Shown: positions 9,967 through 20,770, numbered from the stretch's first letter. The stretch: DNA of 64,000 nt from a virus (IMGVR_UViG_3300033076_001039:64110-128109), one strand, 5' to 3'. Program-made: numbers and translations. Notes: a model not told the origin generated them from the sequence alone.

Positions 9967-10426
9967 AAGTTTATACGATAAAGAAATTGAGTTTCCGTCT
10001 GACAAAAGAGACCACATGACAAAGTGTTTTCATATGGTTAAAGGTGCGGATGAAAATACCGAGGGGTTCAATAGAAATAAAGAACTCCAAGGTCAGAAAT
10101 TCATATCATATAAACAATTAAAAAGAATTAAAAACTTTTTTGATAATTTCAAAGGAAACCAAAAAGAACCTTCATTTATTTTAAATGGTGGTGTTGAAAT
10201 GAAAAATTGGGTCGATAATGAACTTAGAAAAATGAGGGATTACATTAAAAATACAAAAACCAATAAAATGAATGCAGGTATGATGAATCAGTTTATTGAC
10301 CCTCATGAGAAAAAAGATTTTACAAATGTAAGAACATCTCAAGAACACTCAAAGACCGTGGACAAATACAATCCATCGGTTAATGAAAGTGTTAAGAGAA
10401 TAAACGAACTAATATCAAAAATATAA
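9959..10426 (+). CDS. Hypothetical protein
   Basis: GTG start overlapping upstream stop; ends VNESVKRINELISKI. Confidence 0.65.
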   Translation: MNKSLYDKEIEFPSDKRDHMTKCFHMVKGADENTEGFNRNKELQGQKFISYKQLKRIKNFFDNFKGNQKEPSFILNGGVEMKNWVDNELRKMRDYIKNTKTNKMNAGMMNQFIDPHEKKDFTNVRTSQEHSKTVDKYNPSVNESVKRINELISKI

Positions 10427-10430
10427 AATT

Positions 10431-10724
10431 ATGGCGACTAAAATTACAGTAGATTTAAGTCAAACAGAACCAAACGCACTTACTGCGTATGCTGACCAAG
10501 AAAGAGCTAAGTTAATCCCTAAAAACGATTACAATGCAGTTGGTAATGAATACTCATCGGTAAACAGAGATGCTGTCGCAGATGGTGACTCCATGGGTAG
10601 AGGTACTGGTGCATTCTTGGATGTTTACAATGTAAATGCAGGTACTATCGACGACGTTGTTGAAAGAAAAAACGAAATTAAAATTAACAAATTTAATTCA
10701 TCAAAAACATATCCTAATTTCTAA
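10431..10724 (+). CDS. Hypothetical protein
   Basis: Operonic ORF, translationally coupled to the next gene. Confidence 0.65.
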   Translation: MATKITVDLSQTEPNALTAYADQERAKLIPKNDYNAVGNEYSSVNRDAVADGDSMGRGTGAFLDVYNVNAGTIDDVVERKNEIKINKFNSSKTYPNF

Positions 10725-11182
10725 TGAAACTTCAAACCGCACTTAAAGGTTTAATATACGAAATCGCTTCTTTAGATAGTATTGTAGACGCTATTAAGAA
10801 ACGACAAGTTGTTGTAATTTACTACGATGGTGACGAACCAGGTGGTAGAGGACTTCGTGAAATTGAACCTGTGTGTTTAGGAGTTAGTAAAGCGGGAAAT
10901 AAAGTATTAAGAGCTTGGGATAGTGAAGGAGCTTCTCACACAGGGTATAAAGGAGAACAACCACTACCAGGGTGGAGAATGTTCAGATTAGATAAAATAC
11001 TATCAAACAAACCAACTGGTGAGGTTTACAATACACCAAGACCTGGTTATAATTTTAATGGTGATAAGAGCATGGTTAGTGTCATCATAAACGCAAGATT
11101 TGATAATCCGAGTCAACCACAACAACCAACACCACAAGAACCTCAAACACCACCAACACCTGAAGAAGAAAATATAACATAA
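10724..11182 (+). CDS. Stand-alone WYL-domain protein
   Basis: AIKKRQVVVIYY...REIEPVCLG...LRAWD...GWRMFRLDKI WYL pattern; no HTH. Confidence 0.8.
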   Translation: MKLQTALKGLIYEIASLDSIVDAIKKRQVVVIYYDGDEPGGRGLREIEPVCLGVSKAGNKVLRAWDSEGASHTGYKGEQPLPGWRMFRLDKILSNKPTGEVYNTPRPGYNFNGDKSMVSVIINARFDNPSQPQQPTPQEPQTPPTPEEENIT

Positions 11183-11183
11183 T

Positions 11184-11816
11184 ATGGACAGATTAATGGA
11201 AAAATTGGCTTTATCTAAAGCAATTATGGATAAAGCAGATAATATAAAATCAACAAATTCTATGAATGGTGGATTACCACCAACTTCATTACAACAATTA
11301 AATTCACCTGAAACGTTTGACATCCCAAACGCAAAGTATAATATTCCTGCAGAATTTTTACAAGAAACATCATCACCACAACAACCTTACTTGTCTAACG
11401 TACCAAGGGAGAATACAAAGCCAGTTGGTGTTCCTACTGTTGATGCAATCAAGAATTCAAAATTACCTGATGAAATTAAAAGGTTAATGATGGAACACCC
11501 GATTGCACAGCCACAACAACAAACAACAACAATTTCAAACGAATTAGTTGAGAAAGCTGCAAGGTTGATGAAAAAAAATGACGGTAATTATTTACCTGAA
11601 TCAGCAAAACCAAAACAAACTCAACAAACACAACAACCATCAGGTAATATTGATTACAAATTACTTCAAAAAATGATTAATGAAGCAGTTAATAATGCCT
11701 TAAAAGAAAATGGTTTATTAGTTGAAAGTTCAGAAAAATCAAACGAGGTATTTAACTTCAAGGTTGGTAAACACGTATTTGAAGGTAAAGTGACCAAAAT
11801 CAAAAAATTGTCTTAA
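11184..11816 (+). CDS. Hypothetical protein
   Basis: Operonic ORF, Q/P-rich; C-terminal FKVGKHVFEGKV beta motif. Confidence 0.65.
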   Translation: MDRLMEKLALSKAIMDKADNIKSTNSMNGGLPPTSLQQLNSPETFDIPNAKYNIPAEFLQETSSPQQPYLSNVPRENTKPVGVPTVDAIKNSKLPDEIKRLMMEHPIAQPQQQTTTISNELVEKAARLMKKNDGNYLPESAKPKQTQQTQQPSGNIDYKLLQKMINEAVNNALKENGLLVESSEKSNEVFNFKVGKHVFEGKVTKIKKLS

Positions 11817-11868
11817 CGTATTTCTTTATTCGACAACAATTACTATATTTTGAACAAATATATTAATA

Positions 11869-13083
11869 ATGTCAAAAATCAAAGTTTTAGTAGTCCCATC
11901 CGATAGAACAGGTGTGGGTAAATTTAGGTCTGTGGACCCTCACGTATTCTTACAGAATTTATACCCTGACGATTTCCATGTAGATATCGTATATGAACCA
12001 CCATATGATGACTTTTCATTTTGGCAAAACTATCAAATAGTTGCATTCCATAGAAGTATTGGACCCGACTTTGAACAGGCAAATAGATTAATCCAAATGT
12101 TAAATTCATTAGGTGTAATTACTATTTGTGATATTGACGATTATTGGATGCCAGGTAAAGAGCACCCAATTCACGATATAATTCGATTCAATAAAATTAA
12201 CGAGAAAATTGTTGCAAATCTTAAAGTAGCATCTTATGTTACCACCACAACAAATTTATTCGCGAATGAAATTAAAAAATTGAATAAGAATGTTGTTGTG
12301 TTCCCAAATGCGATTAATCCAAATGAACCACAGTTCAAAGAACCAACATTAGAATCAGACAGACTTAGAATTGGATGGTTAGGGGGTTCTTCCCACTTAC
12401 ACGATTTACAGTTGTTAGACTCTCCTTTAGCTAAAATTACACACTTAAAAGATAAATTACAATTTGTTCTTTGTGGATTCGATACACGAGGTACTGTAAC
12501 TGAAATCAATCAACAAACAGGTGAACATAAAAAGAGAGATATTCTTCCACACGAAACCGTTTGGGCTCAATATGAAAAAATATTCACTCAAAATCATTCT
12601 TTGGTCTCTGAGGACTACAAGAAATATTTGTTAAAATATACTCAAGAAAAATACCCGAATGAACTTGATGAATCATACGTAAGAGTTTGGACACAACCCG
12701 TAACATCATACGCTAAAAACTACTCAAAGTTTGACGTGTCATTGGCACCAATCAAGAACACCATGTTTAACCGTATGAAATCACAACTTAAAGTTATTGA
12801 GGCAGGTTTCTATAAAAAGGCAATTATTGCTTCCGATTTAGGTCCATATACTTTAGATTTGAAACATTGTTTAGACCATGGTAATTTTGTTGACGGTAAT
12901 GCAATGTTAGTTGATGAAAATAGAAACCACTCTGATTGGGCAAAGTATATCAAAAAACTTGTTGAAAACCCTAACATGGTTAAAGATATGGGTGAAAGAC
13001 TATATGAGACAGTTAAAGACACATATGATTTAAATGTCGTAACCAAAAACAGAGCAGAATTTTATAAATCTTTAATCAAATAA
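11869..13083 (+). CDS. GT-B (GT4-like) glycosyltransferase
   Basis: DIDDYW, IGWLGGSSH, DVSLAP...FN.MKSQLKVIEAG...IASD.GPY. Confidence 0.85.
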   Translation: MSKIKVLVVPSDRTGVGKFRSVDPHVFLQNLYPDDFHVDIVYEPPYDDFSFWQNYQIVAFHRSIGPDFEQANRLIQMLNSLGVITICDIDDYWMPGKEHPIHDIIRFNKINEKIVANLKVASYVTTTTNLFANEIKKLNKNVVVFPNAINPNEPQFKEPTLESDRLRIGWLGGSSHLHDLQLLDSPLAKITHLKDKLQFVLCGFDTRGTVTEINQQTGEHKKRDILPHETVWAQYEKIFTQNHSLVSEDYKKYLLKYTQEKYPNELDESYVRVWTQPVTSYAKNYSKFDVSLAPIKNTMFNRMKSQLKVIEAGFYKKAIIASDLGPYTLDLKHCLDHGNFVDGNAMLVDENRNHSDWAKYIKKLVENPNMVKDMGERLYETVKDTYDLNVVTKNRAEFYKSLIK

Positions 13084-13084
13084 T

Positions 13085-13540
13085 ATGGATTCAAAAAAAG
13101 GTAGAATAGGATTCACCGCAGGTAACTTTGATTTACTACATCCTGGTTACATATACACATTCGAAGCAGCTAAAGAACATTGTGATTATTTCATCGTGTT
13201 CTTACAGAGAGACCCTTCATTAACAAGGTTCACCAAATATAAACCTGTAGTTCCATTATATGAACGTTATAGAACATTAATGTCTATCAAATACATTGAT
13301 GAGGTTGTTTGTTATGACGATGAAGATGATTTGTTAAGAATGATTGAATTCTATAAACCTGATGTAAGAATTCTTGGAGATGATTACATAGGAAAAAGAT
13401 TTACAGGCGACCATTTACCTATTGATGTCGTTTATACAACTCGTTCTCACGGATGGTCAACTACAAAAATCAAAGACTTAATTACAATACAAACTTTAAA
13501 ACAAAATCCCGAAATAACTAATTTAGTAGAAAATGATTAA
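13085..13540 (+). CDS. Cytidylyltransferase (TagD/RfaE-like)
   Basis: GNFDLLHPGY (HxGH variant), G.DY and R.HGWSTT motifs. Confidence 0.85.
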   Translation: MDSKKGRIGFTAGNFDLLHPGYIYTFEAAKEHCDYFIVFLQRDPSLTRFTKYKPVVPLYERYRTLMSIKYIDEVVCYDDEDDLLRMIEFYKPDVRILGDDYIGKRFTGDHLPIDVVYTTRSHGWSTTKIKDLITIQTLKQNPEITNLVEND

Positions 13541-14234
13541 TATTCCTTTACACAAAATTTTATTCTTAGACATCGAAACCGTTGGGGTACACCCCGATTG
13601 GGAAACTTTAGTTAAAGAAAATGAACCTCTGTCATTCCAATTTGAACATTATTTTGATTGGTTCCAAAAAAGATTTCCCGAAGACGCCGATAAAGGTGTT
13701 GGTCAAATGTTTGTTAACAGGTCTGCATTGGTGCCGGAATTTGCAAGAATTGCCTGTGTTAGTGTAGCATTTGTTACGGAAAAAGGTGAAGTTAAAATGC
13801 AATCATTTAGTAATGAGAATGAGAAGACAATGTTATTAGAAGTTCAAAAACTTCTTCATAGAGTTGGTGAACTTGGATTCTTTCTATGTGGTCATAATGT
13901 TAAAGGATTTGATATTCCAATGTTAGCCAAACGTATGATTATGAATGGAATTATGCCACCAAAAATTTTACCAGGTCATGACACTAAACCATGGGAAATT
14001 AAAGCCTTGGATACTAAAGAAGTTTGGCAATACGGAGGGTACGGTTCAATCGCATCCCTTGAATTGATGTGTGTTTGTTTAGGTGTTGAATCATCTAAAA
14101 CAATGGAAGTTACTGGTAATAAAGTTCATGAGGCGTTTTGGGTGAAAAAAGATATTGAGGGTATTGTAAAATACTGTGAAAAAGACGTATCTGTATTGAT
14201 TGATGTTATAAAAAAATTAATCGCATTAAAATAA
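13533..14234 (+). CDS. DnaQ/PolB-type 3'-5' exonuclease
   Basis: LDIET (ExoI), GHNVKGFDIP (ExoII), YCEKD (ExoIII). Confidence 0.85.
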   Translation: MINIPLHKILFLDIETVGVHPDWETLVKENEPLSFQFEHYFDWFQKRFPEDADKGVGQMFVNRSALVPEFARIACVSVAFVTEKGEVKMQSFSNENEKTMLLEVQKLLHRVGELGFFLCGHNVKGFDIPMLAKRMIMNGIMPPKILPGHDTKPWEIKALDTKEVWQYGGYGSIASLELMCVCLGVESSKTMEVTGNKVHEAFWVKKDIEGIVKYCEKDVSVLIDVIKKLIALK

Positions 14235-14854
14235 TGGAAAATTTAAATAAGATGGGGTTGAACTCCGAAATGTACGACGAAATCCTAAAACAATTTGAAA
14301 AAATTAAATCTGAAGCAGGTATTGAACCTGATGATGAATATCAAAAAGAATTAGAGGATTTGTTAGGTCTTGGACTTGAGGAATTGGAGGATGAGATTTA
14401 CCAACAAGCCATGACTAAACATGTTAAGGTAGAAATGACTGCTGCCGATGCAGTTTTTCCAAAATACGCATACCCTTCTGATTCAGGTTTTGATTTACAT
14501 TCAACACAAGATTTAGAAATTGGACCCTTTGGTAGAATACTTGTGCCAACAGGTATTAAAGTTTCATTTCCTGAAGGATATGAGATACAAGTTAGACCTA
14601 AAAGTGGTTTAGCCATCAAACAAGGATTGACTGTTCTTAATACCCCTGGTACTGTTGACCAAGGTTATACAGGAGAAATTCAAGTAATCGTATTTAATAC
14701 TAATAACCATACGGTGGTAATACCAAAAGGTATGAAAGTTGCACAAGCAGTTTTATGTCCTGTAGTTAATGGGAAATATGTTAATTTTGAAAATGTAAGT
14801 TCAATTGAGGATAAGGATAGAGGTGATAACGGATTTGGTAGTACAGGAATTTAA
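14234..14854 (+). CDS. dut: Trimeric dUTPase with acidic N-terminal extension
   Basis: SGFDL, RPKSGLA, GTVDQGYTGE, RGDNGFGSTG motifs. Confidence 0.95.
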   Translation: MENLNKMGLNSEMYDEILKQFEKIKSEAGIEPDDEYQKELEDLLGLGLEELEDEIYQQAMTKHVKVEMTAADAVFPKYAYPSDSGFDLHSTQDLEIGPFGRILVPTGIKVSFPEGYEIQVRPKSGLAIKQGLTVLNTPGTVDQGYTGEIQVIVFNTNNHTVVIPKGMKVAQAVLCPVVNGKYVNFENVSSIEDKDRGDNGFGSTGI

Positions 14855-14865
14855 CACATAACAAA

Positions 14866-16494
14866 ATGATTACAGTAGGATATTCAACAAGAGAACACAA
14901 CCCAAAATTTATTGAATACTTGAAAAAAAGTTCAGGGTTCAAAAAAATTGAGGTGATTGAAAAAATAAATAATGGTGAGAAGTCATTATCTGAAACATAT
15001 AATGAGATATTAAATGAATCTAAAACTGATATCGTAGTATTGTGTCACGACGACATTTATTTCGATACTTCAAGTTGGTTTCATAAAATTAAAACTCACT
15101 TTGAAAAAAGTGATTTTGGTATTTTAGGAGTTGCTGGCACAACCAACATGCCCGAAACTGGTAGATGGTGGGACAATAGAAAAACCATGATTGGAATTGT
15201 TAATCATGAAAATGAAGGTAAAAAATGGACTTCAAAATATTCTGATGACCACGGTAAGTCTATTAAACCTACAGTTATTGTTGACGGTTTGTTTATTGCA
15301 CTAAGTAAATCAAGAATCAAACACACATTTGATGAAGATTTTAAAGGTTTCCACTTTTATGACATCGCATTTTGTTATAGAAACTATTTGGAAAATGTTA
15401 AAGTTGGTGTTATTAGTAATGTTAGAATTACACACAAATCAATAGGTCAAACAAACCAACAATGGGAAGATAATAGACAATTCTTTGTTGAGAAATATGG
15501 TCAGTCTTTACCAACTAAAATTCCTTTTGATAAAAATAAAAGATTGAAGGTATTACTGTCTTGTATTTCATTTAGAAATTTCACAGGTTCAGAACTTTAC
15601 GTATTTGAATTGGCCAAAAGTCTAATTAAGTTAAATTGTAGTGTTACCGTTCTTTCTCAAATTGGGGGTCCTGTAACAGACATGGCAAAAAAACTTGGTA
15701 TTAAGTGTGTTTCATTTGAAAATGCACCAGGGTTTAAACTTGGGGACGGTCAGTGGGGTATGAATACACCTGAAGGATTTAAACCTTCAACACCAAATAT
15801 GTTATATCGGGTTTCTGATGTTGATTATGATATTGTTCATTTCCAACACAAACCAGTTGCAGAACGTATATTAAATATGTACCCCGAATTACCAAAAATT
15901 TCGGCAATACACTCTGAAGTTATTTCTTTAGAAGACCCTGTTACTGACCCAACGATTAAAAAATACATTGCAATTAGACCAGAAATTAAAGAACATATTG
16001 TTAATAATTTTGAAATACCTGAAGAAATGGTTGAGGTAATATACAATCCTGTTGATAATGAAAAATTTCAATCAAAGGATGTTACTGAAGAAAATTATGT
16101 GTTGTTTGTTGGTACAATCGACTATTTGAGAAAAGAAGCAATATTAGACCTAATCGAATATACAAGGGAGATTGGAAAAGAATTATGGTTGGTTGGTGAG
16201 AATAATGGTAATTATTTGGAAAATGTCCTGTTAGAAGACCATGTGAAACATTTCCCATCAACTTGGAATGTAGAGAACTTTATATTAAAATCTTACGAAA
16301 CCGCAGGAATTCAATTGGGTAGAACAACTATTGAAAGTTGGATGTGTGGTAAATCAAGTTGGATATATAAAGTGGATAAGGGAGGTTTTATCTTATCTAA
16401 AGAAAAATACAATCCACCAAGTGATATTGAAAAATATTATGCGATGAATGTTGCGCAACAAATAAAAGATGAATATATTAAAATTTTAGAATGA
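14866..16494 (+). CDS. Bifunctional glycosyltransferase (GT-A N-terminal + GT-B C-terminal)
   Basis: CHDD and FDE.F.GFHFYD (GT2-like), then TGSELY..ELA and YNPVD (GT4-like). Confidence 0.75.
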   Translation: MITVGYSTREHNPKFIEYLKKSSGFKKIEVIEKINNGEKSLSETYNEILNESKTDIVVLCHDDIYFDTSSWFHKIKTHFEKSDFGILGVAGTTNMPETGRWWDNRKTMIGIVNHENEGKKWTSKYSDDHGKSIKPTVIVDGLFIALSKSRIKHTFDEDFKGFHFYDIAFCYRNYLENVKVGVISNVRITHKSIGQTNQQWEDNRQFFVEKYGQSLPTKIPFDKNKRLKVLLSCISFRNFTGSELYVFELAKSLIKLNCSVTVLSQIGGPVTDMAKKLGIKCVSFENAPGFKLGDGQWGMNTPEGFKPSTPNMLYRVSDVDYDIVHFQHKPVAERILNMYPELPKISAIHSEVISLEDPVTDPTIKKYIAIRPEIKEHIVNNFEIPEEMVEVIYNPVDNEKFQSKDVTEENYVLFVGTIDYLRKEAILDLIEYTREIGKELWLVGENNGNYLENVLLEDHVKHFPSTWNVENFILKSYETAGIQLGRTTIESWMCGKSSWIYKVDKGGFILSKEKYNPPSDIEKYYAMNVAQQIKDEYIKILE

Positions 16495-17273
16495 ACCGAA
16501 TAGTTGATTACGAAAACCTATCAAAAAAAATCCAAACATGGATTATTGATTATGCGGATACGCATAATATTAAAACATTAGTTGTTGGTGTTTCAGGTGG
16601 AATTGATTCCGCAGTCGTGTCAACATTATGTGCATTAACGGGTATTGATACAATTGCCGTTGGGATGCCGATTAACTCCAATTCCGATAACACAAAATTA
16701 TCGAAGAAACAATTAGAATACCTTTCCATGTCATTTGGGATTAATACTGATGAAATAGATTTAAGTTCAATTTATAATTCATTTAATAAATTGATGTCAC
16801 CGAATTTTTCGTCTGATTTGGGATTTGCCAATAGTAAATCAAGACTTCGTATGATTACTTTATATCAAATTGCGTCAAGTTTAGGCGGTATTGTTGTTGG
16901 TACAGGAAATAAAGTTGAGGACTTTGGTGTTGGATTTTATACAAAATATGGTGATGGTGGTGTGGATATTTCACCTATCGCAGATTTATACAAATCAGAA
17001 GTAAGGGAACTTGGACGTTATTTAGGTGTACCTCAAGAAATTATTGATGCCGAACCTACTGATGGTTTATGGGATGACAATAGAGTTGATGAGACTCAAA
17101 TAGGTGCAACATATGAAGAACTAGAATGGGCCATGGAATATGGACAGAGTAAATCAGTTTACACTGAAAAAGAATATAATATATTAAACATATATCAAAA
17201 CTTTAATCAAAAAAATAAACATAAAATGGTTCCAATCCCAATTTTTGATTTAAAAGAAAACGAAATTATATGA
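16491..17273 (+). CDS. nadE: NH3-dependent NAD+ synthetase
   Basis: GVSGGIDS, N.KSRLRM, GTGNKVE, FYTKYGDGG, PTDGLW, DE.QIG.TY. Confidence 0.93.
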   Translation: MNRIVDYENLSKKIQTWIIDYADTHNIKTLVVGVSGGIDSAVVSTLCALTGIDTIAVGMPINSNSDNTKLSKKQLEYLSMSFGINTDEIDLSSIYNSFNKLMSPNFSSDLGFANSKSRLRMITLYQIASSLGGIVVGTGNKVEDFGVGFYTKYGDGGVDISPIADLYKSEVRELGRYLGVPQEIIDAEPTDGLWDDNRVDETQIGATYEELEWAMEYGQSKSVYTEKEYNILNIYQNFNQKNKHKMVPIPIFDLKENEII

Positions 17274-18430
17274 AAATAGGTGTTATTGGTGCGGGAAGAC
17301 TTGGTCTAACATTTGCACTACTTTGTGAAAAAAATGGGTACGACGTATTAGTATCTGACGTGAGAGAAGATTATGTTTTTAATCTTAATCAAAAAATTTG
17401 TATAACTAATGAACCTTTAGTCCAATCAATGTTATTGGACACGACTAAATTTAGTGCAACAACTAATAATATTGAAGTAATTGAAAATTCAGACATTATA
17501 TTCATTTTTGTTGCCACTCCGTCAACTTTAGACGGTAACTATGATACCGCCAAAGTTTTTGAAGTGGTGTCTGATTTCTACACCGCAAATAGTTTAGACG
17601 TTCAACTGTACGGTAAAAAAGTTATTGTAGGATGTACAACAAATCCTGGTGATACAGAACAAGTACAGCAAAGATTGAATATGTTTAATATCCAAGTCGC
17701 ATATAATCCTGAATTTATTGCACAAGGTGAAATTGTAAAAGGTCTTGAAGAGTCTGACATAGTTTTAATAGGTACCAATTATACTGAATTAGGTAATGAA
17801 CTAATTGAAATTTATAAGAGAATCCAAACTACTTCAGTAAACGCCTACGTAATGTCCCCTAAAGCCGCAGAATTAACTAAAATCGGTATTAATTGTTTCT
17901 TAACTACTAAAATTAGTTATGCAAACATGATGGGTGATATTATGGTTAAAGCTGGTTTGGAAGATGAAATCAATATGGTTTTAACCGCAATAGGTGGAGA
18001 TACCAGAGTTGGTAAAAAATACATGAAATATGGGTTTGGGTTTGGGGGACCATGTCTTCCTAGAGATAATAGAGCTTTGGGGTACTACGCAAAAAATTTA
18101 GGTATGGAATTAAACTTACCATTAACTGTGGATAATTTTAATAAAGAACATGCTAATTTCTTAAAAGAATACTACATCAGCAAAAACCCCGATAAATCAG
18201 TACCATTTGTCATGAACTATATCACATACAAAAAAGGTACGGATATTACCGAAGAATCACAACAGTTCCAATTATGTATCGATTTATTAACTGAAGGTTA
18301 TTCGGTCAACGTTATAGAAATTGATGCTGTTTCCAAACAATTAAATTCATTAAGTGAATCTTACAATGGTAGACTGAGGTTTTTTAAACCAGGTACAAAT
18401 CCTGAAGGATTTAAAATTAATTTACAGTAA
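17270..18430 (+). CDS. UDP-glucose/GDP-mannose dehydrogenase family protein
   Basis: GAGRLG, NPEF, AELTK, KISYAN, GFGGPCLPRD (catalytic Cys). Confidence 0.9.
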   Translation: MKIGVIGAGRLGLTFALLCEKNGYDVLVSDVREDYVFNLNQKICITNEPLVQSMLLDTTKFSATTNNIEVIENSDIIFIFVATPSTLDGNYDTAKVFEVVSDFYTANSLDVQLYGKKVIVGCTTNPGDTEQVQQRLNMFNIQVAYNPEFIAQGEIVKGLEESDIVLIGTNYTELGNELIEIYKRIQTTSVNAYVMSPKAAELTKIGINCFLTTKISYANMMGDIMVKAGLEDEINMVLTAIGGDTRVGKKYMKYGFGFGGPCLPRDNRALGYYAKNLGMELNLPLTVDNFNKEHANFLKEYYISKNPDKSVPFVMNYITYKKGTDITEESQQFQLCIDLLTEGYSVNVIEIDAVSKQLNSLSESYNGRLRFFKPGTNPEGFKINLQ

Positions 18431-19158
18431 TGATTAAAGTTGTAAGTTGTTTTTGGAATGCAGAACAATATATTCCAAACTGTATCAGAACATTAAAGAA
18501 TCAAACCGATAAAGATTTTAAAGTTTATCTTATAGATGATGTGTCTACAGACAATACTGTATCCATAGTCCAAAAACTAATTGAAGGTGATGAAAGGTTT
18601 GAATTAATCTCAAATCAAGAAAAAAAATTTAAGTTAAAAAATTTAGATGACTTGATATCAACATTTGATGATGAAGATATTATAATCGAATTGGACGGAG
18701 ATGATTTTTTGTTGGGTAATGAAGTGATAGGTGACATTAGAAAAATTTACTCAGACAAATCCGTATGGTTAACTAATGGTTCTTTTATGTACACTAACGG
18801 TTCACAAGGGTTTTCTTCAAAGGCAAATCCAAATAATGTTAGGTCGGCAGTATTCACATTTTCACATTTAAGAACTTGGAAATCTTTTCTTTGGAAATCC
18901 ATACCTAAAGAATATTTTAAAGACGAAGACGGTACATATTTTAAATCAGCCGCGGATGTTGCATACACTATCCCTCTTTTAGAATTATCAGGAGAGGAAC
19001 ACTATAGATTTAATCCAAAAGTAGTTTATGTTTATAATGGAAGTTCACCATATAACGACCATAAGGACGGTAGCGCATCTGGTGGAGGACTTCAAGAACA
19101 ATCAAGATGTGCTAATATCATAAGAAATAAACAAAAATTAAATAAATTAATTAAATGA
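18430..19158 (+). CDS. GT2 glycosyltransferase
   Basis: NAEQYI, IDDVSTD, LDGDD. Confidence 0.85.
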   Translation: MIKVVSCFWNAEQYIPNCIRTLKNQTDKDFKVYLIDDVSTDNTVSIVQKLIEGDERFELISNQEKKFKLKNLDDLISTFDDEDIIIELDGDDFLLGNEVIGDIRKIYSDKSVWLTNGSFMYTNGSQGFSSKANPNNVRSAVFTFSHLRTWKSFLWKSIPKEYFKDEDGTYFKSAADVAYTIPLLELSGEEHYRFNPKVVYVYNGSSPYNDHKDGSASGGGLQEQSRCANIIRNKQKLNKLIK

Positions 19159-19964
19159 ACAATTTAATATCGTGTAATTTAATGGGTGGTTTGGGTAATC
19201 AAATATTCCAAGCCGCTCACGCATTGGCACAAGGTATGAAACATAATAGAGAAGTCGTATTTGTACCTCAGTCATGGACCCCAATGCAAGGCAGACAAGC
19301 GTCAAATTATGTTAACAACGTTTTTAGAAACCTTAAATTTGTTGACAGTATTGATGGATTTGAAAAAGTGGTTGAAGGACCTTGGGAATATAGCGAAGTT
19401 CCCCCTAAAGACCATAATACAGTATTCGACGGGTACTTCCAAAGTAGTAAAAACTTTTTAGGGTTTGATGAGGAAATTAAAAAAATATTTTCACCTACTG
19501 AAGAATTTGTTTCCGAAATGTATGAGAAATACCCTGAACTAAATCAAGAAAATACTTTGTCAATCCATATCCGTAGAGGTGATTGTTTTATGAATCCTGA
19601 TATTCACCCAATAGCAAATGAAAAATATGTTGAGAGAGCATTGAAAGAGATTGGGGATTATACTCATGTTTTTGTTTTCAGTGATGACAAAAATTGGGTT
19701 ATGGATAATCTTAAATTTGAAAATGTTACTTACGTTGATGATGAGGATTATAGAGAAATGTGGTTAATGTCTTTATGTAAAAATCATATTATGGTTAACT
19801 CTACATTTTCATGGTGGGGAACTTTTCTAAATACCAATCCCAATAAAAAAATAATCGCTCCGTCAATTTGGTTTGGTCCAAGAGGTCCTCAAAACTATAA
19901 GGATATTTACGAATCAAATTGGACGGTATTAGATGTAAAATACGAAGACGGATGGTTAAGTTAA
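19155..19964 (+). CDS. GT11 alpha-1,2-fucosyltransferase-like protein
   Basis: GGLGNQ, GYFQS, HIRRGD, FSDD, NSTFSWW. Confidence 0.92.
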   Translation: MNNLISCNLMGGLGNQIFQAAHALAQGMKHNREVVFVPQSWTPMQGRQASNYVNNVFRNLKFVDSIDGFEKVVEGPWEYSEVPPKDHNTVFDGYFQSSKNFLGFDEEIKKIFSPTEEFVSEMYEKYPELNQENTLSIHIRRGDCFMNPDIHPIANEKYVERALKEIGDYTHVFVFSDDKNWVMDNLKFENVTYVDDEDYREMWLMSLCKNHIMVNSTFSWWGTFLNTNPNKKIIAPSIWFGPRGPQNYKDIYESNWTVLDVKYEDGWLS

Positions 19965-20770
19965 ATATGTTGTCCACAAATTTTGCTCATGACAAAGGTT
20001 CTACGGCAAATAAACCACCAGTACATATTGAGTGGTGTTTTAATAGTTATGACAATCCCATTTCGGTTTATTTAGATGGAGACCTTTTTAAAGGAATCCA
20101 AGACCACAAAGTTGATGGAGGGGCAAAAAAGAAATTTTTATGGGTTATTGAGTCTCGTAAGTTTGATGGTGGAGCGGTTGATAACATTAAAAATAATTTA
20201 GATGATGTCCTTAATACTTTTGAACAAATATGGACACATAATGATGAATTATTATCATTACACCCTAAATTTAAATGGACACCTGCTTATGGTTCTTACA
20301 TTAAAGAATTTGGGATTTACCCAAAAACTAAAATGGCATCTATGATAACATCAAATAAAAGATGGACTCACCAGCATGAAATTAGACATGATTTTGCAAT
20401 GGCAAATCAGGACAAAATTGATGTATACGGTAGAGGTATTCATGAGATACCAAACAAAGAAATTGGTCTAAAAGATTATAGATTTTCTTTTTGTGTTGAA
20501 AATGACACATATGATACATATTTCACTGAAAAGATATTAGATTGTTTTGCAACAGGTACTATACCAATCTATATGGGTACGAAAAAAGTTGTTGAATATT
20601 TTAATCCTGACGGGATTATATTTTTTGAAGGTACTTTTGATTTATCAACATTAACTGAAGAACTATATAATTCAAAAATAAATGCAATTAAAGATAATTA
20701 TGAAAGAGTACAAAAATACAGTGTTCTTGATGATTGGATTTTTGAAAATTACTTAATTAATTATGTCTAA
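19952..20770 (+). CDS. GT10-like fucosyltransferase-family protein
   Basis: YRFSFCVEN...YFTEKILDCF.TGTIPIY.G (GT10 motif). Start adjusted to ATG 19952. Confidence 0.8.
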   Translation: MVKLNMLSTNFAHDKGSTANKPPVHIEWCFNSYDNPISVYLDGDLFKGIQDHKVDGGAKKKFLWVIESRKFDGGAVDNIKNNLDDVLNTFEQIWTHNDELLSLHPKFKWTPAYGSYIKEFGIYPKTKMASMITSNKRWTHQHEIRHDFAMANQDKIDVYGRGIHEIPNKEIGLKDYRFSFCVENDTYDTYFTEKILDCFATGTIPIYMGTKKVVEYFNPDGIIFFEGTFDLSTLTEELYNSKINAIKDNYERVQKYSVLDDWIFENYLINYV

